Source: Candidatus Cloacimonadota bacterium (GTDB taxonomy: Bacteria; Cloacimonadota; Cloacimonadia; Cloacimonadales; TCS61). From it: DNA of 39,630 nucleotides. Below are positions 1 to 7,817 of the stretch, piece after piece. The notes under the pieces were generated by a model. It was not told the DNA's origin, ran no database searches, and saw only the letters and a list, made by a program, of their open reading frames with translations. The DNA lies in NCBI GenBank assembly GCA_034660955.1, contig JAYEKK010000120.1:1-39630 (forward strand), given 5' to 3'. The position numbers were made by a program, and so were the translations under genes. Position 1 is the first letter of the stretch. Each line of letters starts with the position of its first letter.

Positions 1-31
1 GAAGACTCCTCAGAGTGACGCAGCAACATAA

Positions 32-1333
32 TCACCCTGAGAATGCACCAAAAATTACACCCGTTATTGTTGCCATAACCACAACCAGAGAAACAAAAAC
101 TACTGTTTTTTTTGTTCCCATCACACTACGAATAACCAGCATATTTGGTAGCGATAAAGCTGGACCAGCCAAAAGTAATGCCAATGCCGGACCCTTTCCC
201 ATTCCATTTCCCATCAGTCCCTGCAAAATTGGAACTTCTGTGAGAGTGGCAAAATACATGAATGCTCCTACAATGGAAGCGAAGAAATTTGCCCAGATCG
301 AGTTTCCGCCTACAAGTTTGGAAATCCATTCAGATGGGATCAATCCTTCATTCCCGGGTCGTGCCAACAATAAACCGGCAACAACAACGCCAAAAAGCAA
401 TAAAGGCAGAATCTGTTTAGCAAAAACCCAGGTAGAAGAGAACCACTCACCAACTTCTCCTTCATCTTTACTGGTAAAATATGAAAGTCCAATCATGCCT
501 ACTATAAATGGAATCATCGGTTGCCAGCCGGAAGCAAATCCAGAGATGATTACGGCAATTCCCGTAACTACGATCTTCCAGAATTTCATTTTGTAGATAG
601 TTATCAGGATAATTCCCAATGCTACTGAAAAAATTGAAGTGATGACCCATTTTGTATCATAAATCGCATTCCAAATTTCTGAATCTGTTACGGGTTTTGC
701 CCAATTGGCAAAGATAAGAATAAAGATCATTGAAGCAAAGAAGACCAAGTTGTGCCAGAAGGGACGATCTTCATCAACTTCCGGCATCAGCATTTGCTGT
801 TGTACTTTTTCCTCTTCATCTTTGCGGAAAACAAACCCCATGATGAGTCCGATAACAATACTGAAAATGATTGCCCCTACAGCTCTGGCTATTCCCATTT
901 CTAATCCCAATATACGTGCCGTGAGGATGATAGCCAATATGTTTATTGCAGGACCGGAATATAAAAAGGCTGTTGCCGGACCAATTCCTGCACCTCTTTT
1001 ATAAATTCCACTAAAAAGAGGTAGGATCGTGCAGGAACAAACTGCCAGAATTGCCCCAGAAACAGAAGCAACAGAATAGGCGACAATCCGTTTAGCTCTG
1101 GCTCCCAGATATTTCATCACCGCGTTTTTAGAGATGAATACACCAATGGCACCGGCAATGAACAATGCTGGAATGAGACACAATAGAACATGTAAACGGG
1201 CATATTCCTTTAAAAGATGAAAAGATTCCATCACCGCATTTTGGAAACGAGCAGCATTCACGGGTAGATAATAAGCTGCCAAGAATATTACTACCATCAA
1301 CAGCAGTATTTTCCATTCATTTTTCCAAGACAT
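32..1333 (-). CDS. Multi-pass membrane permease (COG0701 / ArsP-like family)
   Basis: 433-aa ORF, hydrophobic throughout. It contains the Cys-rich segment AVCSCTILPLF typical of this permease family. A GAGGA RBS lies about 8 nt upstream of ATG 1333. It is on the same strand as, and downstream of, an ArsR-type regulator. Confidence 0.7.
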   Translation of the reverse strand: MSWKNEWKILLLMVVIFLAAYYLPVNAARFQNAVMESFHLLKEYARLHVLLCLIPALFIAGAIGVFISKNAVMKYLGARAKRIVAYSVASVSGAILAVCSCTILPLFSGIYKRGAGIGPATAFLYSGPAINILAIILTARILGLEMGIARAVGAIIFSIVIGLIMGFVFRKDEEEKVQQQMLMPEVDEDRPFWHNLVFFASMIFILIFANWAKPVTDSEIWNAIYDTKWVITSIFSVALGIILITIYKMKFWKIVVTGIAVIISGFASGWQPMIPFIVGMIGLSYFTSKDEGEVGEWFSSTWVFAKQILPLLLFGVVVAGLLLARPGNEGLIPSEWISKLVGGNSIWANFFASIVGAFMYFATLTEVPILQGLMGNGMGKGPALALLLAGPALSLPNMLVIRSVMGTKKTVVFVSLVVVMATITGVIFGAFSG

Positions 1334-1429
1334 TATTTAATCCTCATTTCTAACTTTCCAGTTGGGAATGCGCTTTCTTTTGAAGCTTCTGCTTCTCCTA
1401 AATCTTTTAGAATTGAATCTAACCAAATA

Positions 1430-1474
1430 GAGATTCTTCCTAAGAACAACGTGCAAGATACGTCAGAAAGACAG
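1430..1474. repeat. 45-nt dispersed intergenic repeat, copy A (partner at 3173-3217)
   Basis: GAGATTCTTCCTAAGAACAACGTGCAAGATACGTCAGAAAGACAG matches the copy at 3173-3217 at 42/45 positions in the same orientation. It contains a small TTCTT-N3-AAGAA hairpin. Confidence 0.8.
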
Positions 1475-1490
1475 CTCTGCTTATACACTT

Positions 1491-1805
1491 TCAAATTGCA
1501 TTCATTTTATCTTTGTTACTGTCGATTACATTTGTAAGGCAACTGAACATCGAAAGAACACAACGACACTGCAATTTATAATAAACACAATTTCCGCGTT
1601 TTTCGTCGATTATTATACCGGAATTTTTGAGGATTGTAAGGTGTTTAGAAACAGTAGAAATATCTACTCCGATCAGTTCAGTAAGTTCTTTTACGCAATA
1701 TTCCTGTTCATCTAATTTGTGTATAATATACAAACGGGTAGCATGGGCCAAAGCTTTGCTGATGCGAGCCAGTTCTTCATATTTTCTCTTTTCAAGAACA
1801 TCCAT
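1491..1805 (-). CDS. ArsR/SmtB-family metalloregulatory transcriptional repressor
   Basis: Winged-HTH signature: LAHATRLYIIHKL...CVKELTELIGVDISTVSKHLTILKNSGIIIDEKRGNCVYYKL. The ATG at 1805 is preferred over the GTG at 1844 because a perfect GGAGG sits 4 nt upstream of it. Confidence 0.85.
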   Translation of the reverse strand: MDVLEKRKYEELARISKALAHATRLYIIHKLDEQEYCVKELTELIGVDISTVSKHLTILKNSGIIIDEKRGNCVYYKLQCRCVLSMFSCLTNVIDSNKDKMNAI

Positions 1806-1932
1806 AAAACCTCCATTTTTGTAAGAATTTATTATTTCTCTCACAACCCATTGCCTATTTGGTCAAACCGCCAAACGGTGTCAAGAAAAAAAAGACACCT
1901 TGAAGCAGATGCCTTTCTCTATCTTAACTAAA

Positions 1933-2937
1933 TTATTTCATCAAGATCATTTTCTTTGTGGAAGTATATTTTCCAGCTCTTAATTTATAAAAATAGATTC
2001 CACTTGAAACAGGATTATCGGAATCATCGTTTCCATTCCACGTAACTGAATATTGCCCTGCAGAGAGCTGTTCATTGACAAGCTGTTTCACTTTCTGTCC
2101 TTTCATATTGTATATCTCAAGAGTTACAAATGAAGACGTTTGAGTTACGTCGAACGAAATCGTTGTAGCAGGATTGAAAGGATTTGGATAATTTTGATGT
2201 AATGAAATTTCTGCCGGAACAACAGGATCATTTACACTTGTTGGGATTAGATTTACTTGAGCAGCCTGCAAAATCTCAAGACCATCCCAATCTTGAATAA
2301 TTGCAACTGCATGTAAATCTTCTAAATTCCAATCAGGTTGCATTTCCACACCCAAAGCAGCAGTGTAGATAGCCGTTTCACCAATATTAGAAATTGTAAC
2401 ATTTTCTTCGTCCGATTTAGCTACAACCAAATAATACCAGGGATTTTCATAACTGTAATCTACCCAGTTTGTAATGACAAAAAATATCTTATTATTGCTG
2501 CTTGTAATATTTTCTATCAGAGTTACTTCTGCATATATCTCAAAGCTGTCTTCTCTACTCTGTTCAAATTCCAGATCGATTGTGTATGAGCTTTCCAATG
2601 TTTCAAGATCTTCATAAGCTTCATTAAATGTGGTTATACTACAATTCCAACCTTCAATCAGGTATGTTCCGCCAAAATAAGCAGTTGGATATATCGAAAC
2701 TTGATAAAGATCATTTCTACCCTGAGCACCTGGAGACATTTCATAAGGATATAAACTCCAGCTTAAAGGTATTAAATATTCTCCTGATTCATTTAGCGAA
2801 TTTAATGCACTCCGTGCAAGTCCATCCGGTCCTCAACATCCGTTATCTATTGTGAATACTTCACCTACCACATATCTCTGATTGGCAAATAGGGTTAGGC
2901 TAAGCATTAATAAAATTATAACTAACGTAAACTTCAT
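1933..2937 (-). CDS. T9SS-sorted secreted protein with N-terminal thioredoxin-like domain; in-frame TGA at codon 35 (candidate selenocysteine, motif G-C-U-G-P)
   Basis: A GGAGG RBS lies 4 nt before ATG 2937, followed by the signal peptide MKFTLVIILLMLSLTLFA. The frame is open from 2937 to 1933 except for one TGA at 2833-2835. The track ORF 1933-2739 is its 3' part. The C-terminus NYPNPFNPATTISF...GIYFYKL...KKMILMK is a T9SS sorting domain. The N-terminal domain is paralogous to that of 16241-18430, which has its TGA at the same codon. Confidence 0.6.
2806..2818 (-). promoter_or_regulatory. SECIS-like hairpin downstream of the in-frame UGA
   Basis: On the mRNA strand the sequence is UGCAC-GGA-GUGCA (5-bp stem, GGA loop). 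It begins 14 nt after the UGA at 2833-2835. The spacing and G-containing apical loop fit the general bacterial SECIS layout. Confidence 0.45.
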
Positions 2938-3172
2938 CTTCCCTCCAAATAATTCTTGATAATATAACTTATGCAATTAGTATTCCCAACTTTTTCTTTA
3001 AATAGCTTGAATTAATCTGTTTAACAAAATTGTCACACTGAGTACGTTCTTGGTGAAGTGGAGATGATATTCATAATTTAATCATATCCTTCGATACATC
3101 CGATAACTACCGGACACTCAGGACGACAATAATTTTAATATTTCAATTAGTAGCCATCTGTGATTAAAATCT

Positions 3173-3217
3173 GAGATTCTTCCAAAGAACAACGTGTAAG
3201 AAACGTCAGAAAGACAG
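3173..3217. repeat. 45-nt dispersed intergenic repeat, copy B (partner at 1430-1474)
   Basis: GAGATTCTTCCAAAGAACAACGTGTAAGAAACGTCAGAAAGACAG is 42/45 identical to copy A in the same orientation. Confidence 0.8.
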
Positions 3218-3250
3218 ATTTTATTTCATTATTAGAATTCAGTTTTTGAT

Positions 3251-3280
3251 TTTATCCGTGCTTATCCGTGTTCATCTGTG
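3251..3280. repeat. 3 x 10-bp direct repeat array (TTTATCCGTG / CTTATCCGTG / TTCATCTGTG)
   Basis: An exact 10-bp period is visible directly in the sequence, about 120 bp upstream of the helicase start. The motif is related to the ATCCTGT heptads at 29532-29661. Confidence 0.7.
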
Positions 3281-3398
3281 GCAAGCAACAAAAACCTTGC
3301 TAATATAAACCACTCATAAATTTTGACTTACGTAATTCTCAGAATCATATATTTTATCTTTCTGGTCGTTGCAAATAATAAAAAGTAAAAGGAAACAC

Positions 3399-5114
3399 AT
3401 GAGTAATTTAGAAAAATTCGAAAACCTGGGGTTATCGGAACAATCGCTGCTGGCGATAAGTAAAAAAGGATTTGAAGAACCTTCTCCAATTCAAAAATTA
3501 ACGATACCTCTACTCCTGAAAAACGAGAAAGATATTGTAGGACAGGCACAAACCGGAACCGGAAAAACTGCCGCTTTTGGTCTGCCGATAATGGATAATA
3601 TAATAGAAAATACCGGAAAAGTTCAAGCACTTATAATGGCTCCAACCCGCGAACTTGCAGTGCAGGTAGCAGAGGAGATGAATTCTTACCGTGGTGGAAG
3701 AAGCATTGGAATTCTGCCGGTTTATGGTGGACAATCTTACGATCAGCAATTTCGCCGACTTAAAAAAGGTGTGGAAATTATTGTAGGAACACCTGGTCGT
3801 TTGATAGATCACTTGAACCGTGGAACATTAAAACTGGATGACCTTAAATTTATGGTTTTAGACGAAGCAGATGAAATGCTTAATATGGGATTCATTGAAG
3901 ATATTGAACTGATACTTTCTAAAACACCAAAAGAAAAAAGAGTTTTATTGTTTTCCGCTACAATGCCTCAAAGAATAGTGCAGTTAGCAGAAAAATTCAT
4001 GGGTGAATACGAAGTCATAAAAGTTCAATCTAAGCAGCTAACGGTAAATTTGACCGACCAGATCTATTTTGAAGTTCGAACCTCTGATAAGTTTGAAGCA
4101 CTCTGCCGAATTATCGATGTGGAAAAAGAATTTTATGCACTTGTTTTCTGCCGCACAAAACTCAAGACAGATCATCTCGCGAATGCTCTAATTGATCGTG
4201 GTTATGATGCAGCTTCACTGCATGGTGATATTTCTCAGGCTCAGCGGGAACGCATCCTCAGCCAATTCAAGAAGAAGCGTGTAACCATTCTGGTTGCTAC
4301 CGATGTTGCTGCTAGAGGTATAGATATTAATAATCTTTCACATGTTTTGAACTACTCTCTTCCACAAGATCCGGAAAGTTATGTACATCGGATTGGAAGA
4401 ACAGGAAGAGCCGGAAAACAGGGAACTGCCATCACTTTTATCACACCATCCGAATATCGCAAATTAATGAATATCCAGCGTATTTCCAAATCTGAAATTC
4501 GTAAAGAATCACTACCAAAAGTTAAACATCTCATCAAGCTTAAGCGTAAGAGAATTGTTGAAGAGATCAATGAGATAATTGTTGCAGGTAAATTTGATGA
4601 GAATATGCATGTGGCAAATGAACTTCTGGCACAATATCCGGCAGATCAGGTGATATCAGCTTTGTTAACTCATGCCTATAAAGATGAATTTTCTCCTGAC
4701 AAATATACCGAGATCCACGAGCCGGGCAAAAAACATAAAATTACTTCCAGAAGACGACCCGATAATTCTCCAGATCAGGAAGGCATCACACGTTTATTTA
4801 TTGCTCTGGGACGCAAAGATAAAATGGATCCCCTTAAACTTGTTAAGATGATCCAGGAAGAAGCAATGGTAGATCAACATCTTATTCGCAATGTAGAGAT
4901 TTATGATAATTTTTCTTTTGCCAATGTTCCTTTTGAAGAAGCAGAACATATCATTGAAATATTCCGTGGAAGAGGCAGAGATAAAAAACCCCTTATAGTA
5001 GAAGCAAAAGAAAAAGAGAAATCCAGTAAGAAGAATTTTCGTTCCGGTGCTCCTCGTAAAAGTTATGATAGAAAACGAGGAAGCGGGAAACCACGCAGAA
5101 AGAAAAGATATTAA
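3399..5114 (+). CDS. deaD: DEAD-box ATP-dependent RNA helicase (DeaD/CsdA-like) with C-terminal DbpA-type RNA-binding domain and basic tail
   Basis: Helicase motifs present: Q-motif region PSPIQ, AQTGTGKT (I), PTRELA (Ia), DEAD (II), SAT (III), HRIGRTGRAG (VI). The ATG at 3399 has an AGGAAA RBS 4 nt upstream, and the upstream in-frame ATG at 3369 lacks one. Confidence 0.9.
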   Translation: MSNLEKFENLGLSEQSLLAISKKGFEEPSPIQKLTIPLLLKNEKDIVGQAQTGTGKTAAFGLPIMDNIIENTGKVQALIMAPTRELAVQVAEEMNSYRGGRSIGILPVYGGQSYDQQFRRLKKGVEIIVGTPGRLIDHLNRGTLKLDDLKFMVLDEADEMLNMGFIEDIELILSKTPKEKRVLLFSATMPQRIVQLAEKFMGEYEVIKVQSKQLTVNLTDQIYFEVRTSDKFEALCRIIDVEKEFYALVFCRTKLKTDHLANALIDRGYDAASLHGDISQAQRERILSQFKKKRVTILVATDVAARGIDINNLSHVLNYSLPQDPESYVHRIGRTGRAGKQGTAITFITPSEYRKLMNIQRISKSEIRKESLPKVKHLIKLKRKRIVEEINEIIVAGKFDENMHVANELLAQYPADQVISALLTHAYKDEFSPDKYTEIHEPGKKHKITSRRRPDNSPDQEGITRLFIALGRKDKMDPLKLVKMIQEEAMVDQHLIRNVEIYDNFSFANVPFEEAEHIIEIFRGRGRDKKPLIVEAKEKEKSSKKNFRSGAPRKSYDRKRGSGKPRRKKRY

Positions 5115-5436
5115 GATTCAAAAGACCCGACTTTCTAATCCGGCTTTTGCCGGAGAAGGGAGTTAGGAATTTTGGAGTGTCGCTACGGAGAATTAGCATA
5201 CCGTTCTTAACTCCACTCTCGCTTTGCTCTTGCGAAGTCAAGTCCGGTAACCCACTCAGAAAGAAAAGATATTAAGATTCAAAAGACCCGACTTTCTAAT
5301 CCGGCTTTTACCGGAGAAGGGAGTTAGGAATTTTGGAGTGTCGCTACGGAGAATTAGCATACCGTTCTTAACTCCACTCTCGCTTTGCTCCTGCGAAGTC
5401 AAGTCCAGTAACCCCCTCAGAAAGAAAAGATATTAA
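5096..5436. repeat. 161-bp tandem repeat, 2 full copies plus a 19-nt third start, overlapping the last 19 nt of the helicase CDS
   Basis: The unit starts at 5096, 5257 and 5418 (CAGAAAGAAAAGATATTAA...). The two full copies differ at only about 4 positions. Each unit contains a CCGGC-TTTT-GCCGG hairpin and a 10-bp stem, GAGTTAGGAA...TTCTTAACTC. Confidence 0.9.
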
Positions 5437-5480
5437 ATTATATATGAAAAACAGCTGGATTAATATGGATTCCTAATTTA

Positions 5481-5924
5481 TCATAGACGTTCTAAAAGAC
5501 CATTGATACTCTCTCTCATTTCCAATAAGTCCCAATTATTTATTGCTTCATTAAGTTTTTCAAAAATGGCTTCTGCGTCAACTATATCATTTCGAAGACT
5601 ATGTAGTTCAGGAATTATAGCTGAACCACCAATGTATGGCAATTTAGGGAATTTTTTTAGTCTTTGACGAATATTAACAATTCCCTCAGCAACTTTTATA
5701 AAATCATCTAATAATTCTACAGTTTCCTCTGATGGTTTCGTTTTAATTTCCTTAATGTGAGTGAGTATTTCAAGTCCCCGATAAGTCAAGCGAGTTACCA
5801 TTTCACCTTTTAGCTGCTCGATTTGAATTAAACGATCAACATGGGAATTATAGAGTGCAATGAGAAAGCTAATAAACGAAATAACTAAAGCTATTAATGA
5901 TATGGTTATTGCATCAAAATTCAA
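5481..5924 (-). CDS. Hypothetical N-terminally membrane-anchored protein
   Basis: 147-aa ORF with one N-terminal TM helix (ITISLIALVISFISFLIALY) followed by a helical, charged domain. No family recognised. Confidence 0.5.
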   Translation of the reverse strand: MNFDAITISLIALVISFISFLIALYNSHVDRLIQIEQLKGEMVTRLTYRGLEILTHIKEIKTKPSEETVELLDDFIKVAEGIVNIRQRLKKFPKLPYIGGSAIIPELHSLRNDIVDAEAIFEKLNEAINNWDLLEMRESINGLLERL

Positions 5925-5972
5925 TTCAATCTCCTAAAATAATTTCATTTCAAACAATTTTATCTATCAAAT

Positions 5973-6635
5973 TTATTCCTTCTCTCCAACATCCAAAAAA
6001 CTTAATACATCATCCACAAATAGAATATTGTTGGCAATAATTGTGGTTCTCGAAGAGCTTTCCAGTTTATCATCAATTTCTTTTGCTTGCGCCAGGTGTT
6101 TCGCGGCTTTGGTGAGTAGTTCTTTCTCAATACTCATGAATGATCTGGTTTCTTTTCGGTATTCCATTATCTCACTTTTTAATTCTAATTTGTTCAATGC
6201 ATCCATTACAGACATGTATTCTGTTTTTTCTTTGAAATCTTCGATAAGTGCATAACCGGCATTATTATATTGCCAGGCTTCGATGTCGTAACGGTGTAGA
6301 GCATTTGCAAATTCTGCTGCTTCCAGAAGATGTTGTGCTTGTTTTGTGTAATCATTATTCGCTTCTGCTTCTTTTACTGCATCTTTAGCAGAACGGTAGG
6401 AACTCCATAAATTTGCTTCATCTTCAAGAACTTCTTTTTCAGAAATTTTTTCAGTTTGTTCCGGTGCTTGTTCAGTAGTTTTTTCTGCGATCGGTTCGAG
6501 ATCTGTTACGGCAACTGAATCAGTTTTTTCTTCGCTTTTAAGTGATTCTATAAGTTCCTGCTTTGTTCCGGATTCTTTTGAATTACATCCGATTATTAAT
6601 AGTACAACAACGGCAAACATAAAATATTTTTTCAT
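5973..6635 (-). CDS. Hypothetical lipoprotein
   Basis: MKKYFMFAVVVLLIIGC has a lipobox-like IIGC, followed by an acidic, helical domain. The start is set at the MKKYF Met rather than at 6647. Confidence 0.55.
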   Translation of the reverse strand: MKKYFMFAVVVLLIIGCNSKESGTKQELIESLKSEEKTDSVAVTDLEPIAEKTTEQAPEQTEKISEKEVLEDEANLWSSYRSAKDAVKEAEANNDYTKQAQHLLEAAEFANALHRYDIEAWQYNNAGYALIEDFKEKTEYMSVMDALNKLELKSEIMEYRKETRSFMSIEKELLTKAAKHLAQAKEIDDKLESSSRTTIIANNILFVDDVLSFLDVGEKE

Positions 6636-6653
6636 TGCGTCCTCCATTCTTAA

Positions 6654-7142
6654 TTAAAACGGTTCAAATCTATTTTTTTGCCAATAAGTATTTTCTGCTT
6701 CATCTGCAATTTTGATTAGATCATCATAATGCTGTTTTTCCCAGCTGACCATTTTTTCGAAGAACGCTTTCAAGACTTTGTCATCAACTTGATCTGCCGA
6801 TCTCTGATAGAATTCAAAAGCGTTCTTTTCTAAGAGTGTAGCTACAGATATAGCAGAGAACAACATTTGATTTGAGCCGATCCTTTTAATAAAGGTATCT
6901 GAAAAGATCATGTTTTCTGTATCTTTTGTGTCGATTGTCTTCAGTTCTTCTTCATTGGTTATAGTTTTATAATATCCTAATAGATAATTATAGTGTCTTT
7001 GCTCTTCTTCAACCATATTTTTAAAGAAATTTTTAACTTCCTCATCATTAGAATTTGCAAGAGCATTTTGATAAACACCTATGCTGTCCATTTCTCCCCG
7101 CATTGCATTTTTCAAAGCTGATAACATTTCATTCTTTTTCAT
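6654..7142 (-). CDS. Ferritin-like / rubrerythrin-family diiron four-helix-bundle protein
   Basis: Two E...ExxH half-sites are present (EEQRH and WEKQH, each preceded by a helix containing Glu). The ATG at 7142 has a GGGAG RBS 5 nt upstream; the alternative start at 7157 has none. Confidence 0.65.
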   Translation of the reverse strand: MKKNEMLSALKNAMRGEMDSIGVYQNALANSNDEEVKNFFKNMVEEEQRHYNYLLGYYKTITNEEELKTIDTKDTENMIFSDTFIKRIGSNQMLFSAISVATLLEKNAFEFYQRSADQVDDKVLKAFFEKMVSWEKQHYDDLIKIADEAENTYWQKNRFEPF

Positions 7143-7677
7143 TTTTTCTCCCTTCATTTAATTATAGATACGATATATTATCCACAAGTTGTCGATATTA
7201 CTTTTGAGTCAAATTTATTTTCTCACTGCTTAAAAGACCTAAGCTGTTTCTTTAATTTATGGTTGACAATATCAGCTAAATCAGATGAGAAAATATAGCA
7301 AAGGAACAATAGATGAATAAGCTTGAAGAAGAATTAAAACTGCACATACAAATGAAGCTTGACGAAAGCAACAAAAGTTCTATCGAAAAAGCATAAATAG
7401 AGAATGCAGCAAGGTTGTATAATTTTATCTATGGTGTTGTGATCTGGTTTATTTCATTGTCCATTCTATCCTATTTGCAGAAAAGTTTTCACCTTATTAT
7501 TTTAGTAATTATTCTTGTTATAGATATCCTGATAAATTTATTTGGAAAAATATCACAATCTTGATTTAGCGCTACTTCTTAAAATACGTCTGTCTGTAAT
7601 TTATATGATCATAATTATTGTTTGTGCTGTCAGTGGTCAATAAGTTAAGTAATTGAATATTTATTGGAATTAAAATA

Positions 7678-7708
7678 ATAGGGGAAAGCCGAAAAAGCTT
7701 TCCCCTAT
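7678..7708 (-). terminator. Rho-independent terminator downstream of the BNR-repeat gene
   Basis: 12-bp perfect stem ATAGGGGAAAGC / GCTTTCCCCTAT with a 7-nt loop. It is followed on the minus strand by UAUUUUAAUU. Confidence 0.7.
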
Positions 7709-7817
7709 TTGCAAACAATTATGATTATGTGGCTTAAGGAGACGATGTTTTACTTCGTAAAGCCAACACTAAATGTTTGCGTTACATATTTTCAGTAATA
7801 AACACCACCACGGTTAA

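Noticed and set aside
15-596. 193-aa plus-strand ORF, and the other ORFs overlapping 32-1333 (126-329, 468-650, 705-1004, 1128-1316).
   Set aside because: All are nested in or antisense to the 433-aa permease ORF, which has a clear membrane-protein composition and an RBS.
2833-2835. I considered whether the two in-frame TGAs (here and at 18326-18328) reflect an alternative genetic code (TGA = Trp or Gly) or simple pseudogenisation.
   Set aside because: TGA clearly terminates several well-conserved genes at ATGA/GTGA junctions (GGR, parA, parB, atpZ, atpF), so the code is standard. Two paralogues with the stop at the same aligned codon, in a redox motif, each followed by a similar hairpin, make two independent nonsense mutations unlikely. 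Pseudogenisation cannot be fully excluded without the checks listed in the findings.
3251-3280. I considered whether the short direct-repeat arrays (here and at 29532-29661) form a CRISPR array.
   Set aside because: The repeat units are 7-10 bp with no unique spacers of CRISPR size, and there are no cas genes in the window.
3328-3812. Minus-strand ORFs 3328-3630 and 3510-3812.
   Set aside because: They are antisense to the 5' part of the DEAD-box helicase gene and have no independent support.
5115-5436. I considered whether the tandem-repeat unit is a tRNA, tmRNA, SRP RNA or other known small RNA.
   Set aside because: There is no cloverleaf, no T-loop GTTCRANYC-type motif and no SRP domain IV motif. 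Only generic stems are present. It is kept as an unclassified repeat.
7178-7186. A perfect DnaA-box 9-mer (TTATCCACA), a near-match ATATCCACA at 15248-15256, and the TTATCCGTG/TTATCCTGT arrays. I considered these as possible oriC, given the nearby rsmG-parAB.
   Set aside because: There is only one perfect box and no cluster of boxes. There is no adjacent dnaA or dnaN. The arrays differ from the consensus in the critical 3' half. Evidence for an origin in this window is insufficient.
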